In this document: in pieces, positions 13,261 to 26,705 of the stretch
Numbering within the stretch: position 1 is the first letter of the stretch
Layout: each line of letters begins with the position of its first letter
Assembly (NCBI RefSeq): GCF_006345805.1
Contig: NC_043001.1
Coordinates: 125,054,001 to 125,118,000, forward strand
Direction: 5' to 3'
Length of the DNA stretch: 64,000 nt
Source of the DNA: Octopus sinensis
Taxonomy: Eukaryota
Notes under the pieces: model-generated
Database searches by the model: none
Told to the model about the DNA's origin: nothing
Seen by the model: the letters and a program-made list of their open reading frames with translations, nothing else
Position numbers and translations under genes: made by a program

Positions 13261-13792
13261 CAACTTCATTCAATATGTTCACTTTTACATAACTATTTCT
13301 AAGCTACATATTCAGAATCATAGCAGTCTTTATAGCCAGAATTATTGTACAGGTATGGGCATGTGAAAAGAAGTTTGCCTCCCAACCACATTGGGTAAGC
13401 CTCATAAGTGGATTTGGTAGATCTTATAAAGTGGTTGCTAATTCTGGCACGAATTCTGCAATTTTAAGGGCAAGAAGATTAATTAATATTGTCAACCCCA
13501 GTAATTGACTGGTACTTCATTTTGTGGGCCCCAAAAGGTTGAAAGGCAAAGTTGACTTTGATGGGATGTGAACCTCAAACTACAAACTGGTGTAACTAAA
13601 TACTGCAAAAAAAGCCCTTTGTGTGTGTGTGTGTGCATCATCACCATCATCATCATTTAGCATCTGTTGTCCATGCTGGCATCAGTTGGATGGTTTGACC
13701 AGAGCTGGCAAGCTGAAAGGCTGTACTAGCCTCTAATCTGATTTGACACAGCTTCTATGACTGGATTCCCTTCCTAACGCTAGTATATATAT

Positions 13793-14870
13793 TGTAAAGA
13801 GATTTGTTGTGTAAGGCAGAACAATGCAGGAGGGTACAAAGTAAACTACCAAAGGTAATTCCAGGTCTGAAACGTGCTTCCTTAAACTGCCCCACATCGA
13901 AGACAGAACAACTGCAGCTATACAACGTGTGATCTGCAGGGAGTAACTCAACATATGGATGGTGCACACCAGTCCATCCCTGAGGAAATTTCTGTCAAGG
14001 AGTAATACCACAGAAAACATCGTGAGGTGCACACTATCTAATTGCTCCATCAACAACATCAAAACATACTCAAAGGCCTATGTGGTATATCAAGTAGTCT
14101 GCAGTAAATGTGGGGCATTCTACATAGGGAGAATCACCAGGAAATTGCACATTCAAATAAAAGAATATATATTTCTTTACTACCCACAAGGGGCTAAACA
14201 CAGAGGGGACAAACAAGGACAGACAAACGGATTGAATCGATTATATCGACCCCAGTGCGTAACTGGTACTTATTTAATCGACCTCGAAAGGATGAAAGGC
14301 AAAGTCGACCTAGGCGGAATTTGAACTCAGAACGTAACGGCAGATGAAATACGGCTAAGCATGTCGCCCGGTGTGCTAACGATTCTGCCAGCTCAGCGCC
14401 GTTTAAGAATATAAATAAAAGAATATATACACACAAACACTTTAATAAAAAAAAAATGAAAGGAGTGCCAGACGCAGGATTTTAAGGTATCCATCAAGGC
14501 CACTCAATGCAACAGAGGCAACCTCAGAATCATGGAGGCCCTCCTTATCAACAAATTAAGACTAGCCATTAACAACAGGAAAGAACTACTGAAGCAGACT
14601 GGTTACTATAGCAACACCAGTCTGTGCATGGGACCTTACTCCTTCCTTCCATCTGAGCAAAGACTTTTCCACCCCTCGTTTTTCCAAATGTCTCGAAGAA
14701 GAGGTTATAGCCCCAAAATATAGAAATACAAAATAAAACTTCAACTTTGTTTTTGTTTTCTTTTTCCATTCCATTTGTAATTTATTTTTGTACCTTCCTG
14801 CATTGCTCCAGCCTTGTAAACAAATCTCTTTAAAGTAACACCACACAATGCTTCATCAGAATTACTCCAT
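13793..14870 (+). mobile_element. Degenerate Penelope-like element (GIY-YIG endonuclease remnant) interrupted by a SINE
   Basis: VVYQVVCSKCGAFYIGRITRKLHIQIKE (about 14080-14165) and EALLINKLRLAINNRKE (14535-14590); 13795-13848 is an inverted copy of 14777-14832. Confidence 0.75.
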
Positions 14871-16029
14871 ATATATATACCCAGAACCATGCTAATAGGT
14901 TAGGAGTGAAATTATATCTGTATAAATGGGTACTTAATAGGATACCATAATGTAAAGATTTTTTTTTTCTATATTGGACATAGCCTGATTAAATTGTAAT
15001 TGGTTTGTAGAGCACATTCAGTGAATAAATGGTTGGGTTAACTGAATCAGATGCACCTGTGAGGTGACATGTATGCCAATTTACCACATAAGATTTCTTC
15101 TAGCTATTCTGTTTTCTGCCTTAATATTTTATGTAGTAAATCACTATGGAAACATTTCCATTACTTCAGTAGGGCTGTAACTGTTGAGTTCTGTATAAAA
15201 ATGCTCATTTTGATCCCTTTGTATTGTCTGGTCATTTTATATTGAACCTCTTGAGGTCAACACATATTCATTAGTTTCTAAATCAATGATGGGAGATTTG
15301 ATTAGAATTAGAGCTCAAAAAAAAAAAATGTGTGCCATTTAGTCTAGTGGATAGGATTCAAAGCTTTCACACAGCCTGGGTTCAAATCTCATCATGAGAA
15401 TGCTATTTGTTTTCAAGGCAGTGCCCCAACATGACCACTGTCCAGTGACTAAAATCTAGTGTTGCTTCAAATAAGTTTTAACCTTTTTGATATCAACCTT
15501 CCTGAAACTGCCCCTGGTTCTATGATACAAAATTTCTGTTTTAAAGTGTTCTAAATTAAAAGCTTGCATCAAAATTTTGTTTCAAACTTGAACTTAATAA
15601 TGAAGATATTTCGCTAAATTTTTTATTATTTTCAAAATTATTTGAAACAAAAGCAGTGTATTTCAGCAGATATGGTAACAAAAGAATTGAGTAGATTTGT
15701 GTTGTATAGAACCTATTCAGATTCATGAGTAGGGGGCCATAGAAACAATGTTTAAAACATCTTGTAGTGGGTCTCAGAATATGAGGTAAGTTCCTGACCA
15801 GTAATATGGATTTCATATTCCATTTGAAACTAATTCAGTAATACTATTGATAAAATTATTTGAAAATAGGCACAGATGTGGCTGTGGTAGGAAGCTTGCT
15901 TCCCAACCACATGGTTTTGAGTTCATTCCCACTGTGTGGCACCTTGGGTAGGTGTCTTCTATTATAACCCCAGGCTGACCAAAGCCTTGTGAGTGGATTT
16001 GATAGATGGATAGTGAAAGAAGCCCATCG

Positions 16030-16061
<32 letters not shown>

Positions 16062-16394
16062 CAAGGCTTTGTTTGACCTGGGTGTACAGCAGAAGATACT
16101 TGCACAGTGAGACATACAAAGCAGCAAGCTTCTTCCTGTGTGGTTGATCTGCAATTCTTCCCATTCCTGTCAAATTGGCCCTAGTGCATCTGTGGTTATT
16201 CTGCAATGTCTAGTGCCAGCTGTTCTTAATCTGACTCTTTTTCCGTCTTCCTTCTGCCAGTGTCCACATCTGGGCAGCTAGCAGGTGTAAGTAATGCATT
16301 GGTCCAGGTGCATTTTCCACTATTTGAAGCAGTGTTGGAACTCTTGTGAAGTTATGCCTTTTAATGCCCCCATCATTTTTTTTTTTTTTTTTCA

Positions 16395-17067
16395 CCTTTT
16401 CCACATCTGCAAATTCTGTATCACCAGCTTTCACCAAAGGTGATGACCTTCAAAAAAAGGTCTGGATTAACTTCCAATTGTTCTTTCAGTTGTGACTGCT
16501 TTTGATCTTCTGTGAGCAAGTGAGGCACAAATTTTGTTGTAACTCTTTTCATTCGCAATTCCTCACTCAAAACTCGTTGGCAGGAGCTCCAGGATACACC
16601 AGTCCCATCAACAAGTTTTTCAATTGTTTGGTGATGGTCCTCCAGGATCAGTTCATGAATTTGCATGATTTTTCATTTGTTTGGGAGGTCGACAGTCATC
16701 TTGAATGAGGTTGGTCTTCAAGCGACAAGTGACCATTCCTAAAGTATGGAAACTACTCATAAACTTATGTTTTTCTCATGGTAGTGTCCTTGTAAGCTGT
16801 TTGAAGCATGACAACTGTTTTGGCCACTGTTCAGAAAACAGAATTTCATGGAAGCACGCTGTTCTTTCATTTCAGCCATTGAAAAATCAATGAACAGGGG
16901 AGAAACTTTGCAAAATAAAGATCACATGGCAGTACGACATAAACCAATGATGCAGGCTGGCAGAAGCCTGAGAACCACATCAAGTGGCTTCTAATGGTAG
17001 GAGCCTCAATTACAATGGCTTTCTCTCACAGAGAATGTTTCTGCTTAGTTTTGGGTACCACCTCATA
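16395..17067 (-). mobile_element. Mariner transposase remnant
   Basis: IEKLVDGTGVSWSSCQRVLSEELRMKRVTTKFVPHLLTEDQKQ; terminal tatgaggtggtaccc-like end. Confidence 0.75.
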
Positions 17068-17079
17068 TGTATTATATAT

Positions 17080-17374
17080 CACGTGATCACGTGACCGACC
17101 AGTCCATCAGATGTAGTTACACATCGCTGGTCACAATGCGTTCGCATTGTTTTAGCCTTCGAATGACGCCACCCCACTGGCTAAGCGAGCAGGCCAACAG
17201 AAGAATGAGTGGGTGAAAGAGTACAGCAGAGATCACCACTCCCTACCGGAGCCTCGTGGAGCTTTTTAGGTGTTTTCGCTCAATAAACACTCACAACACC
17301 CGGTCTGGGAATCAAAACCGCCATCCTACAACTGCGAGTCCGCTGCCCTAACCACTGGGCCATTGCGCCTCCAC
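17080..17374 (-). mobile_element. SINE with family B head and a different 3' tail
   Basis: 12 bp TSD tgtattatatat; the first roughly 150 bp match family B. Confidence 0.8.
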
Positions 17375-19649
17375 TGTATTATATATATAACAACTAAACT
17401 GTATACTTTACGCTTTATTGTTTTTTGTTATGCATGTGATCCCCCTATATGTGGAAAAATATTAATTCATGAAACCAGTCCGTGATACAGTGCTGCCTTA
17501 GATAACAGAAGCTGTCACTTACACCTATGGTGTCTTCGGAGCATTTGAATAAACCTATTTCATGGATGCCCCTACTGTTAATTACTTTGGTGCATCTGTT
17601 ACATAAGGAGTGTTCCTTTGTCAGTTTGCATTTAATCCCCATCACACTCCTTCTGCATGCATAATTTGAGATAGGTACACCATATGATGTTAGTATTACT
17701 CTTTACTCTTTTACTTGTTTCAGTCATTTGACTGTGGCCATGCTGGAGCACCGCCTTTTAGTCGAGTAAATTGACCCCAGGACTTATTCTTTGTAAGCGT
17801 AGTACTTATTCTATCAGTCTCTTTTGCTGAACCGCTAAGTTACGGGGGACATAAACACACCACTATCGGTTGGGGGGACAAACACAGATACACAAACATA
17901 TACACACATACATATACATACATATATACGACGGGCTTCTTCCAGTTTCCGTCTATCAAATCCACTCACAAGGCTTTGGTCGACCCGAGGCTATAGTAGA
18001 AGACACTTGCCCAAGGTGCCACACAGTGGGAATGAACTCGGAACCATGTGGTTGGTAAGCAAGCTACTTACCACACAGCCACTCCTGCGCCTATACTTTT
18101 TCTGCATATCAAGAACGGCTACTTTCCAGACAGCTGCAGAGTTCTGTCTTCACTTCTTTTGCTAACTAAAACTTTGACCATTTGCTCAGCTTACTTCTTT
18201 GAGGTTTCTCAAAACTCAATTTTGATTCTACATTTGGAATTTCTTTTCTAATCTTTCATAAATACGGCCATGAGAACTATGAGAACTAGGTCATTAGTGC
18301 ATATAAACGCATGTATGAACACATGCTTTAACATATGTATGTATGTGCCCACATGCGTGTACATACACAAGTATGTGTGTGTGTGCCCACAAGCGCATAC
18401 ATGCATGTACATATATATATACATATGTGTATGTATATATATATATATATATATGTATGTATATATGTGTGTGTGTGTGTGTGTATGCATGTGTGTGGTG
18501 TAGTCATTGTGTTTGCGTTGTACTAAAACATAAAACATGTTTAACCCATTTGTGTTTGAGAAGTAGAATCTCAGTCTAATGTGAATATATTTTAATCATA
18601 GCAACAATCTCAACATCTAAAGGCGTTTTTTTCCCATCCACTCTCAACTGATTACATATCTGTTGACATGTAATGATGCACACATATAATTCCCCCCCCT
18701 CCCTGCCCACCCACTCACCCGCATACATCTTTGTTTTATCAACTATTTACAGATTCATTTCCTAAACATCTGTGCAACATCAAAAATAAACCAATGCTGT
18801 TTTGCATTTATCTTCTTAAGAAAGGTCACCATTTAATTTTTCCTTCGTTAACATAAAATGTTAAAAAACAAAAAAAAAAAAGGAACTAATGAGATGTTGG
18901 CATGATCTTCATAGTTATCCCCTCTTCCTCCTGCTCATCTTCTTCCCCTCATCCCCTTCTCATTCTGCTTCTTCCCCATCCACATCCTCTTCCTCTGTAT
19001 ATGCTTGTGCAGGCTGAAAGTTGTCAGTAGCAAGTGTATTTTCTTTCAAACAGCCTCTATAACAGTGCTTTTCAAACTTTTTGCTGGAGCGGAACCCCAA
19101 GGAAACATTCCACTGGCTCGAAGAACCCCTGTGCAATAATTTAATAGTCTTATGCACACATATCTGCACAGGAGAATTAAAACTTACTGTCAATTTTAGC
19201 AGTTTTGTAACTTCTTGCGGAACCCCTGGACTGTACTGGCGGAATCTAAAGGTTCCGCGGAACCCTGGTTGAAAACCACTGACCCAGGCAATATCAGCTA
19301 AATAATGACTACGAAAATAGATAAATTAACTAAGTGCTTGAAAACGAAGTGAATAACATACTGCAAGTTGCTAGTGAACTCCCCCAAGAAGCACTTCCTT
19401 CCTGATAACTTTCCACTGGCTCGAGGAACCCCTGTGCAATAATTTAATAGTCTTATGCACACATATCTGCACAGGAGAATTAAAAATTACTGCCGATTTT
19501 AGCAGTTTTGTAACTTCTTGCGGAACCCCTGGACTGTACTGGCGGAACCCTAAAGTTCCGCGGAACCCTGGTTGAAAACCACTGCTCTATACATTCTCCT
19601 AAAGCAGACTGAAAGATACAACTGCAAGTAACAAAAGGGTTAAATTGGG

Positions 19650-20043
19650 TAAACGCGGTTCTCAATCATTTTTTATCTATGGACCCCTTTGATTACTATT
19701 TTATTCTGGTGGACCCTCATGGTCATTCATTTAAAAACTAGTTTTATAGAGGATTCCTTAAAAATTCCTATTTTGTTTATAACACATTCAGAGGGAGAAA
19801 CCTTAGCTGTATTCTTGGAATAAATACATCTATTCTTATATTCTTTTACTTGTTTCAGTCATTTGACCGCGGCCATGCTGGAGCACCACATTTAGTCGAA
19901 CTAATTGACCCCAGGACTTACTCTTTGTAAGCCTAGTACTTATTCTATTGGTCTCTTTTGCTAAACCGATAAGTTACAGGAACGTAAACACACCAGCATC
20001 GGTTGTCAAGCGATTGTGGGGGGATGAACAGACACAAACAAAT

Positions 20044-20078
<35 letters not shown>

Positions 20079-20321
20079 CAACAGGCTTCTTTCAGTTTCT
20101 GTGTGCCAAATCCACTTACAAGGCTTTGGTCGGCCCAAGGTGCCATGCAGTGGGACTGAACCTGGAACCATGTGGTTGGTAAACAAGCTACTTACCTCAC
20201 AGCCACTCCTGTGTCTAGGCGAAATCTTTTCATAGACCCTTAAAATACAACTGTGGACCCAATTTACTATTTTGCTAGTGTGGACCTCCAAAAATCTCAT
20301 ATGGACCCAGGTTGAGAACAC
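19650..20321. mobile_element. Second hAT-type MITE interrupted by a SINE (19843-20212)
   Basis: Ends gcggttctcaa / ttgagaacac. Confidence 0.55.
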
Positions 20322-21869
20322 TTGTGTAAAATATAATGTCTTGTAAATTATAAAGGAAACAAAAAATATAGACATGCTATGTATAAGTCTTTAATGTTAG
20401 ATCTTATAAAGTGGTTGCTAATTCTGGCACAAATTCTGCAATTTTAAGGGCTAATTAATATTGTCAACCCCAGTAATTGACTGGTACTTCATTTTGTGGG
20501 CCCCAAAAGGCTGAAAGACAAAGTCAGCTTTGATGGGATTACTTATTTAATCGACCCCGAAAAGATGAAAGGCAAAGTCAACCGTGGCGGATTTTGAACT
20601 CAGAAGGTAACGGAAGACGAAATTCCTATTTCTTTACTGCTCACAAGGGGCTACACACAGAAGGGACAAATAAGGACAGACAAACGGATTAAGTCGATTA
20701 TATCGACCCCAGTGCGCAACTGGTACTTATTTAATTGACCCCGAAAGGATGAAGGGCAAAGTCAACCTCGGTGGATTTTGAACTCAGAACATAATGGCAG
20801 ACGAAATTCCGCTAAGCATTTCACTCGGCGTGCTAACGATTCTGCCAGCTCGCCTGCCCTCTATGTACACATATATAATCGTGTAAATGACTGTATGTAT
20901 GTAACAGAATATCCACACATAAATGTGTGCTGCTAAAACATTTTACAGACTTGGTTGCGTATACACATATACAAGAGCAAACATTTCCTTTGTCTTGTGG
21001 TCCCTTGACAGTTCCCTGTTTTACCCACTCATTTACATCTCCCCTCACCAATCCCCATGCTCTCAGTTCTTCTATCATCATTAGCTATATCTTTCTGTCT
21101 TCCTTTTCTTCTGCCTTCTTCCACATTCATTTCCATTACTTCTTTCACTGTACTACATGGCCCGGGGTCCCCATCCTTTGCTAGCAATCTCATTCCATTT
21201 CTTTTCACAACATTCATCACTAGTTCAATTTTCTGCAAGTCAGTTTTTTTTTTCTCTCAGCAATACTCTGCTTATTCCTTGAGCCTTTTATCATTTCCAT
21301 ACTTTCCACCTTCTCTATTGTTCCATATTCATCACTTGTACCTCACTCTTATAAATCACATCACTTCTCACACATGCAAGCATCCATTTGTATAAGTGGA
21401 TCATTAGCAGAAATCTAAGCTTGAGGTTTTGAGTCAAACAAAGCAAAATAAAATCGGAAGTATCTCCACTGTATGTACTTCAATGTACTTCAACTCCTTG
21501 GGACAGCAAACACAGCCACAATAAATGCAAGATAAAGGAACATGGTTTTGGAGTTGGTCTGAAAAGGATGCAGATATTCTACAACTAAATAATACGGTTA
21601 TTTTTCAATTTGTATTGCATTGTGAACAATTATTAGTTGTTGGTTTCTAATGGATCAATTATTTGTTCATAGATTTTAGGATAATGAGAATGATACAAAA
21701 TTGTCAGTGTAATTTGAGCGGAGTGGCCTTTCAGTTACCTTACCAATATTTTACATTTTCCACTGAGAGATGTACATACATATACAAGATGGGAAGCAAA
21801 ACTTGCATTAAAAGTTACACTAATACTTCACAGCAATGACTACACCAAATATGAAACCTAATGCAGAAC

Positions 21870-22110
21870 AAAGAATACATTTCGTTTTTGGATTTGGTTT
21901 GCAAGATTCTTTATATGAGTTCGTGTATTGAAGCATATTCTGTTGTGTCTGGGGAGAGTCAAAACTATTGAAAAGGTTGCAAGACGCAACGAAAATTTTA
22001 GAAAATAAAAATAAGAAATAAGTGGAAATTTTACCAGTGAGTGTGTTAAATGATAAGGCACTAAAAGAGAATGACTCTCCCCAGACATAACAAAGAATAC
22101 ATTATTTATA
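21870..22110. mobile_element. MITE-like element with internal inverted repeat; partial copy at 40440-40510
   Basis: tgtctggggagagtca / tgactctccccagaca. Confidence 0.45.
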
Positions 22111-22334
22111 TAAAATCCTTTGCCTGTTCCCAATGCATTCTCAAACGGCTCAACCAAATCAAATTTTACATGGTAATACTATCAGACCCCATGAGTGTCA
22201 ACATGTTATTCTTTTGGATTAAAACAATGCAACATTGGCACTGGTTCCGTAATACGTGTCAAAACTTGAAGAATAAAATTGAAAGAATAACATCTATATT
22301 GTTATGTGATATATTGTTTCACTTTTAATTCTAA

Positions 22335-25300
22335 TGTCACATTTTGTATATATGACTGTATATCTGTGAATATATGCATGTGAGAGTATGTTTCACAGTG
22401 TGTGTCTTTCTGTGTTAGGTACATTATTAAACACACGTTTCACTTTTACATTTTTACTTTTAATTCTAACCACAAAAAGCACCCACTACACTCACGGAGT
22501 GGTTGGCGTTAGGAAGGGCATCCAGCCGTAGAAACACTGCCAGATCAGACTGGGCCTGATGCAGCCTTCTGGCTTCACAGACCCCAGTTGAACCGTCCAA
22601 CCCATGCTAGCATGGAAAGCGGACACTAAATGATGATGAAGATGACAACAATGTCACATTTTGTGTATGACTGTGAATGTATGTGTGTATAAGTATCACA
22701 GTGTGTATGTCTTTCCATGTTAGGTATGTTATTAAACACACTGTATGAGGGCTGGTCAGTGTCAATATGAAATTTTATTTTCATTTCAGTTAAAACAATA
22801 TAACATTTCATACAGATAATCTTTGTATTTATGGAAACATACTTGCATAGCAAGTGACTTAATCTGTGATCATGTGCTTGGAACATATATATATAACCTT
22901 CGGAGTAACAGTTATATATACAACTTGAACAGATACACATATTGGTACATAAACATACATACACATGCAGACACATCTACACATGTACATAAATGTTCAC
23001 ATGTGCATTTACACATATACATACACACACATACATACCATGAACTAACTGTTACTTTCTCAGATGCAGCATGAAGTTTTGTCAGTGAACAGATCACAGC
23101 TTGAAAGCGACGAAAATATTTTGACACAAATGAAATTTAAATTTTGAAGTGAAACTAACAGTTTTTGTGTTCTTCGATGGCTTACAAACATCTTCCACAC
23201 TGCAATCTTTCTATTGTCAACAACACATTTTATACCACCATGACATCACATTTTGTATATGACTGTAAGTGTATGATTGTGTACATCCCATATCATGGGA
23301 CATACACATCTGAACACCTTACTTTCCTGGGCATGGACACATTGAAACTCCGACGTCTGGCAGCTGACTTGGCAGACACCCATAAAATTATTAACCATCT
23401 TTAGTTGTGATACCTGTGCCGGTGGCACATAAAAAAGCACCATCCGAACGTGGTCAATGCCAGCGCTGCCTCGACTGGCTTCTGTGCCGGTAGCACATAA
23501 AAAGCACCATCCGAACGTGGCCGATGCCAGCGCCGCCTCGACTGGCTTCTGTGCCGGTAGCACATAAAAAGCACCATCCGAACGTGGCCGATGCCAGCGC
23601 CGCCTCGACTGGCTTCTGTGCCGGTAGCACATAAAAAGCACCATCCGAACGTGGCCGTTGCCAGCGCCGCCTTGCCTGGCTTCTGTGCCGGTGGCACGTT
23701 AAAAGCTCCAACCGATCGTGGCCGTTGCCGGACCCCCCTGGCACCTGTGCAGGTGGCACGTAAAAAGCACCCACTACACTTGCGGAGTGGTTGGCGTTAG
23801 GAAGGGCATCCAGCTGTAGAAACTCTGCCAGATCAGACTGGAGCCTGGTGCAGCCCCTGGTCGAACCGTCCAACCCATGCTAGCACGGAAAACGGACGTT
23901 AAACGATGATGATGATGATGATCTTACAAACAATAACTCTAAGCACCTTTTCAAACTCCACCCATCTAACACCCGTGGACATATTTACAAAGTCAGAAAA
24001 CAGCACAGCTCCCATGACTTTAGGAAACATTTTTTCACGCTGAGAGTTGCTGAAGCATGGAACAAACTGCCGGCATCAGTTGTTAGTTGTCGGAGCACTG
24101 CATCCTTCAAAACTTCCATGCTTCTTGAGATTCGCCAACACTACACCTGATTTTCTTCCCTCCATACACACACAAGCATGTATCTGACTCATACATTGTT
24201 CACTTTCCAGACATTTGTACATTACTGCATATGCTTTATATGCACTTTTGACAAGTTGTGGTACACCTGAGCACTGTATACAATAATTTCATTATTATGT
24301 GTGTCTTTCCACGTTAGGTATGTTATTAAACTTACACAACTACATATACATATCTAATGGTACATTATTAAACAAACACACACACACATCTACACATACA
24401 TATGTGATGACTGATGACGACAACAATATTATATTTTGTATATAACTGCGTATCTGTCTGTGAATGTATGTGTGAGTGTGTATATGTCTCAGTGTGTGTG
24501 TGATTCTGCATTAGGTACATTATTAAATATATGATATGTGAGGGCTGGTCAGTATCAATACAAAATTTTATTTTCATTTTGATCAGAACAATATAACATT
24601 TCATAGAGATAACCTTTCTAGTGTCAATAGTCATATTATACATCACATTTTGTATGACTGTGTATGTCTGAGTGTATGTATGTCTCTTTCTGCATTAGGT
24701 ACATTATTAAACACACATCTACGCATGTGACAACTGACATGCATGAATGTATATCCGTGTCTATCTTACTATATGTGAGGCTGACCAGTGTCAGTACAAA
24801 ATTTTATTTCCATTTCGATTAAAACTATAACATTTCATAGAGGTAATTTTTTCTATTGTCAACAGGACATTTGATACAACATCACATTTTGTATATGACT
24901 GTGAGTGCATGTATGTATAAGTGTATGAGTGTGTATATGTCTGTCTTTCCACGTTAAGTACATTATTAAACACACGCACATCTACACATGGAAGCACTCC
25001 GTCGGTTACGACGATGAGGGTTCCGGTTGATCCAACCAAAGGAACAGCCTGCTCGTGAAATTAACGTGTAAGTGGTTGAGCGCTCCACAGACACGTGTAC
25101 CCTTAACGTAGTTCTCAGGGATATTCAGCGTGACACAGAGAGTGACAAGGCCGGCCCTTTGAAATACAGGTACAACAGAAACAGGAAGAAAGAGTGAGAG
25201 AAACTTGTGGTGAAAGAGTACAGCAGAGATCACCACCATCCCCTGCCGGAGCCTTGTAGAGCTTTAGTTGTTTTCGCTCAATAAACACTCACAACGCCCA

Positions 25301-25545
25301 GTCTGGGAATCGAAACCGCGATCCTACGACCGCGAGTCCGCTGCCCTAACCACTGGGCCATTGCGCCTCCACTTCATCTACACATACATATGTAACGAAT
25401 GACAAGCGTAAATGTATGTCTCTGTGTGGCTATCTTAGTATATGTATGTGAGTGCATGTCAGGAACATTTTATACCACCACCACCACGTCATATTTTCTA
25501 TGTGAGTGTATATGTGTCTAAGTGTGCATTTCCACATTACGTACC
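22335..25545. repeat. Old diverged tandem array (units of about 150-250 bp) broken by TE insertions
   Basis: Recurring catcacattttgtatatgactg...gtctttccacgttaggtacattattaaac...gagggctggtcagtgtcaatacaaaattttatt. Confidence 0.7.
23412..23921 (+). mobile_element. Family D 3' UTR fragment with 67 bp tandem subrepeats, inserted into a CR1-like fragment
   Basis: Repeat period 67 (23471, 23538, 23605); (GAT)n tail; CR1 sequence resumes on both sides. Confidence 0.85.
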
Positions 25546-26303
25546 GTGCCAGTGGCACGTAAAAAGGCACCATCTGATCGTGGCCGTTTGCCAGCCTTGT
25601 CTGGCACCTGTGCCGGTGGCACGTAAAAAGCACCCACTACACTCACTGAGTGGTTGGTGTTAGGAAGGGCATCCAGCTGTAGAAACACTGCCAGATCAGA
25701 CTGGAGCCTGGTGCAGCCTTCTGACTTCCCAGATCCCTGGTCGAGCCGTCCAACCTGTGCTAGCATGGAGAACGGACGTTAAACGATGATGATGATGATG
25801 ATATATATATATATATACATACCACATAGTAAGCAATTATGCCTTATTTTATTAAGTAATTCATTACTACATATTCTCATGTAACTGCATGGGCTCTCTT
25901 TATGTTTCTTATTATACAGCCAAAACAGCAATCCAATGTCAACCCTTTGCCTTCTGCAACTTTTCAACAGTTCACTACTCCGTTGCTGTCTCCCATTGCA
26001 GCCCATTTCCGAAATGAACCCGTTTACGTACAATATCTCCATTCATTTGGCTGTTAATCAGATGATGGGTCATCTGAAGACACAGTGCTGACCACCTTAA
26101 AAGGCAAGTATATCCACAGAAAGCTTTTCAGCAGGTTCAAAAATTACATACCCCTACCCACTCTTAATTTTCCATGATAGGGCACGGAATCCTCCAAACA
26201 GACCTATTACGTGTCGCTTAGTTGAATTAGACCATCATTTTACTCCACAAATGTTTTGTCATCAACACTGCACTTTCCCCTATCACCTGTTTCAACATAA
26301 CTG

Positions 26304-26344
<41 letters not shown>

Positions 26345-26431
26345 AAGTTAATCCAAATACGAAAACACAACACGAGGACGTGGAACAAATATAGTGTTAT
26401 TGGAGGCTCAAGGAGGAAAGGAAGAAGGAGG

Positions 26432-26466
26432 GTTTAACATTTCGAGCAGAGCTCTTTGTCAGAAAC
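26432..26466 (-). ncRNA. Decayed minimal hammerhead-like motif in an insert of about 210 bp (26340-26550) flanked by (TA)n
   Basis: GUUU-CUGACAA-A-GAGC ucu GCUC-GAAA-UGUU-AAAC; two CpG-type changes from CUGACGA...GAAACGUU. Confidence 0.55.
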
Positions 26467-26705
26467 ATAGGAAAAAGAAAGATCCAGAGAAGGGAAGATG
26501 GAGGGAAAAAAATAAATAAATAAATCGCCAACTGTACACACACGGTCACATATATATATACATACATACACACACACACACATACATAATATATACATAC
26601 ATACACACACACACACAAACTATACCATTTTAATCCCAAGTAAGGCTAGGTATCTCTGGCAAGGGCTTTGAAATAAAACCAAGAAGTTCCAGACACCCAG
26701 CTGAG

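Noticed and set aside
18900-19060. Acidic ORF end (EEEDVDGEEAE) on the - strand
   Set aside because: Low-complexity CT-rich DNA fused to a MITE-derived frame; no splice support.
21500-21830. Possible + strand exons near 21530-21720
   Set aside because: Donor is weak, frames are ambiguous, and no phase-consistent chain could be built.
23430-23700. 67 bp direct repeats as a CRISPR-like array
   Set aside because: Contiguous tandem units with no unique spacers; part of a LINE 3' UTR in a eukaryotic context.
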